A DNA stretch of 64,000 nt, taken from NCBI RefSeq assembly GCF_001194135.2, contig NC_068996.1, forward strand, positions 24,594,541 to 24,658,540. Direction: 5' to 3'. Position numbers and translations under genes: made by a program. Under the pieces are notes generated by a model. The model had not been told where the DNA came from. It saw only the letters and a program-made list of their open reading frames with translations, and made no database searches. The DNA comes from Octopus bimaculoides (lineage: Eukaryota). Below are positions 59,870-64,000 of this stretch, in pieces (position 1 is the stretch's first letter; every line of letters begins with the position of its first letter).

Positions 59870-60135
59870 TTGACCTAGGTGGTCACTGGGACAATCACTA
59901 ATGATCCAGATTTCACTTCTCTTGGTCTTTTGCTGCTGTGAGTTGGTGAAACTGAGGCCTGTCCCCTCTTTGATGATACAAGCCTGTCTTCTTGGCTGCC
60001 TTGCCTTTTGTCCACTATCCACTGTCTTTGCCAGGTCAGAACTTCTTGTGACATAACTGTACCATTTCAGTTTCCTTCACTTTACAGTTTTAACCAAGTC
60101 CTTGTGTGTTCCAATAGCCCTCTTTGCATGAGGTA
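59870..60135 (-). mobile_element. RTE-like LINE 3' end relic of a different family
   Basis: K*RKLKWYSYVTRSSDLAKT...IIKEGTGLSF resembles the RTE C-terminal RKLKWYGHVTR...NIKEWTGLSF. Confidence 0.65.
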
Positions 60136-61039
60136 CATCAGACACAACTGAAAAGTGAAAGACTTGCACATAAACCAAATGTAATGGTGAATATTTTCCA
60201 TGACACCCAACAGCCATATAAACCTAACAAGTCTATTATAAATATCAGACATTTTCTTCAACTCAAGTGGTAGTCAGGGATTTTACATTCAATGTATCAA
60301 TCAGCTGTTGCTAATAGCATGTGCTTTTATGTTGATATATATAATCATCACCATTTAATGGTCACTTTTCCATGCTTGCATGGGTCAGATGGAATTTGTT
60401 AAGGCAGATTTTCTACATTCAGATGTCCTTCCAATTACCAACCCTCACCAATTACCAAGCAAGGTAATATTTTTTCCATAGCTAGACAGATTTTTCAAGG
60501 ATGACTGGCAACAACCATGCTTGTATGACAATTATGTGCATTTACAGCAGTAACATGTCTACACAAGGGTACACACACATACACACACACAACAGACTTC
60601 TTTCAGCTTCTGTCTATCAAGCTCACTTACAAGGCTTTAGTTGGCCTAGGGCTATAGGTAGAAGACACTAGGTGCCACAAAGTGGGACTGAACCAAAGAA
60701 CTCATGATCAGGAAACAAGCATCTTAACTGCACAAACATGCCTGCACCTAGTTATATTATTATAAAATTTGTACACATATTACCAGCAAACTATTTGGTA
60801 AAGATATAAAATTAATTCAGAAGCTGAAATTTTAATTAGAAATATTTATGGCAACTTCCTGAAGTTAAAGTAACTGATGCAGAGATAGTGTTAGGAGCTC
60901 TGCTCCATTTTTTTTTAACACTCAGCTGCAAACAGTTGAATTTTTTCTCCAACTAATAAATCAACAGAGAGATCATTTTCTTCACTGAATAGTACTTATA
61001 CACTTAAACCTACACTATGTGTGTGTGTGTATCTATACA

Positions 61040-61096
<57 letters not shown>

Positions 61097-63618
61097 TATT
61101 TAATAGACACAATATATGTTTTTATGTGCTACTAATAGTTTCATATGTTGAGAAATACCTCAAACATATCACATATAACAAATTAAAAATTAAATGAGAG
61201 AAGAAGCGCAAAAAGTTGAGAAGGAAGTATATAGAAAATGTGTAGAAGGAACATGTGGAAAAGATAGACTCAGGAAGACATAGGACAAAGTGGTGAGAAA
61301 AGATCTACAGACATTACGACTCACAGAGGAGAAGACAGGGACTGAGACTCCTGGTGGTTTTTTTATGCTTGGAATGACATGTCAAGCTAAGTAAAAGCGT
61401 GATTATCCTTGCATACAGGCTTGACCCCTGCAGCCCTCTCCAGCTGAGCAGTCCTAATCTTGCAGGCTCGCGAGTGCTGCTGCCATGTAAAAAACACCCG
61501 TACTGGTGCCACATAAAAAGCACCCATACTTGCGCCAAGTAAAAAGTACCCATGCTGGTGCCACATAAATGCACCCATGCCAGTGCTGTGTAAAAGCACT
61601 CACTACACATTGTAAAGTGGTTGGTGTTACAAAAGGCATCCAGCCATAGAAACCATACCAAAATGAACATGGAGCCTGGGCAGCTCTTCAACTGGTTAAC
61701 TCCTGTCAAACCATCCAAACCATGCCAGCATGGAAAAAGGACATTAAATGATGACACACAAACACACACATGTATGAATTTATATATACATATTATATAT
61801 ACATATCATCATCAAATGCATGAGTTACATACAGAGAGGATGGTATTATGAATCAATTTCTCCTTTGTCATGCTTTCTACACCTGGGTGCCTTCCTAATG
61901 CCCACCACTTTACAAAATGTACTGGGTGCTTTTATCGTGACACCAGTACTATTGAGGTTACCAAGTAAGTTGCAAGACAAGACCCTCGACTGAGTGGGAG
62001 TGTAGTATTGAGGGAGATGGCTTTGCGCCAGGTTTTAAGAGGTTATAGTATGATGGAGGGACAGGAACAGATGTCTTGCTATAGGAGATACCCCAGTTGG
62101 AAAGGAAGGTGAAGATGAATGTCTAGGCATACCCTCAAGGTACAAGGTGGAGTATAAGAGAGAATAGGGACAGAAGATTGCAGATAAACAGATGAGAATG
62201 TTCGTAAGAATGTGAGGAGAGAATAAAGAAGGCTGGAGATGGAAATAGAGGTAAATGCAGTGAATGGTAAATGGAGATGTAATCAATAGTGAATCTCAGT
62301 TTGGGGAGGGAAGATAAAGAAAAATAGCAGTAGGTTAAGGAGGTGGTGATAAGTAGCAATGCACAAAAGGGGAGGGTGAAGAGCAACTGTATAATTAATT
62401 TGTAGGTAGCTGAGAACTGTGGGGTGGATAGGGCAGGAAAAAGAGACAGAGCAAGGGTATGCAGGAGTGGAAATGGTGAATGATAAACAATGGTTATGGT
62501 GGGGAGGTATCAACAGCAGATATGAGATCTTCAGGGGAAAGGTGTGTTCAATAAAAAATAAAGTGGCAAAGGATGATATCGGGAATGCAGGAGGAGTGAC
62601 AAGGGAAGTGGTTTCCCAGGAGAGGGATAATGGGTAGCACAAAAAGGGAATGAAATATGTGTAGTTCTGCATCCATTTAATTACAGCAACCAAATAAATA
62701 GTGCTGGAGTGTTAGGAAGATGAGTTGTGGACAAGGCTTAGGCATGGGGGCATAGACATAAACAACATGGAGAACAGTGGAGAGATGACCCTAGAAAAAA
62801 CAAGCTTGAAGGACCAAATGATCATCAGGTGTGTGTGTGTGTGTGTGTGAGTGTGAGTGTGTGTGTGTACATAGATGCATACATACACATGAAACATTCC
62901 TAACAATATTTTTGTAGCCTTTTGACTAGAAGTAAACATCTATCAACAGCAACAAATTAACCAGATAGAGAGAAACAACTAACTTTTGGTTCACTTTTCC
63001 AGGGGCTCTGACAGCAATGTGATCTGTACATGGAGGCTACACAGAGGTATAGGCAGCTAACCTGCATAAGTGCAAGTTCGTAACCTGCACATATGCAGGT
63101 TGGAAACAGAACAATTCCAACACAATAACTACATGCAGTATCACAATACTCCAGCAATAGGGTTTTGACAGAAGGAGAAAAAAACTTAATATTCCTTGTA
63201 CAGGATCAAAGATTACAAAAAAAGACTATACAAAACCTCAGACATTCTGCACACTAATCCCATTGCCAACAAGCATCAGTGAATATGTGTGTGTGTATAC
63301 ATACATACATATATATATAAATATATATACATACATACATATATATATATGTATATATATATACACACACACACAAACATGCGCGTGTAAACACACACAG
63401 ATACATATTCTTTTATTCTGTTACTTCTTTGAGTCCTTTGACTGCGGCCATGCTGAGCCACCCCCTTGAAGGGTTTTAGTCAAACAAATTGACTACAGGA
63501 CTTAAAAGCCTTGTACTTATTCTATCAATCTCTCTTGCTGAACTGCTAAATTATGGAGACATAAACACACCAACACCAGTTGTCGAGTGGTGGTGGACAA
63601 ACACACACACACATATTC

Positions 63619-63952
63619 TCATCTTCTAGGCTTTTTGCCTCAGAATTTCTGCAACCATCGTTGACACTGGCTATGCTTATTGTCCAATCCCCGTATACTG
63701 CATTAATATTCCTTGCACGTTCCGTTGCATTATTACCTTTATTGCACTCATAAAGCAAAATATGCCGAATATGCTCCTTTGCCACTTAGAAACGATAATT
63801 GTTAATATCACGCTGCACTCTTCAAAACTTGCACTAAGAATAAGGAGATGGTAAATTTTATAACAAGTTGATGCAAGTAGTTTATCCCATCCCCCTCCAA
63901 CTTTTAGTTCATGCAATTGACAAAAATTGCATTATTTATGGGATGAGCCAAT
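63619..63952 (-). mobile_element. Mariner 5' fragment (TIR and HTH)
   Basis: KEHIRHILLYECNKGNNATERARNINAVYGD resembles the mariner N-terminal HTH; TIR-like TATTGGCTCATCCCATAAATAATGC. Confidence 0.75.
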
Positions 63953-64000
63953 ATATACATGTATAAATATATACATGTATATATATATATATATATATAT

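Noticed and set aside
59881-60150. Apparent minus-strand exon with a good acceptor at 60148
   Set aside because: The sequence is a frameshifted RTE-like C-terminal relic

Overview
AT-rich eukaryotic genomic DNA with assembly gaps and dense microsatellites. The repeat repertoire looks cephalopod, probably Octopus (inference, not database-checked). The window holds one protein-coding gene on the minus strand: an ARID4A/ARID4B (RBP1/SAP180) family chromatin repressor. I traced 23 coding exons by hand from 40357 to the stop codon at 70-72. All junctions are GT-AG and phase-compatible, giving 5727 nt including N-gaps (about 1900 aa). The domain order is Tudor, RBB1NT/PWWP-like, ARID, chromobarrel, long low-complexity region, C-terminal coiled coil. 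The start-codon exon was not found. Introns and the upstream 24 kb are filled with RTE-clade LINEs and their 3' tails, several tRNA-headed SINE families, mariner relics and MITEs. The most unusual signals are: (1) a ~457-bp foldback at 54262-54718 whose two arms each carry an intact minimal type I hammerhead ribozyme core; (2) two copies of a tRNA-headed element with a degenerate hammerhead tail and an inverted copy of its own 3' end, i.e. a SINE with Penelope-like features; (3) an 8-bp-TSD MITE centred on a perfect inverted telomeric-repeat palindrome; (4) an exact 283-bp duplication of a splice acceptor plus exon start, offset by exactly 1000 bp. No tRNA genes, rRNA genes or CRISPR arrays are supported.
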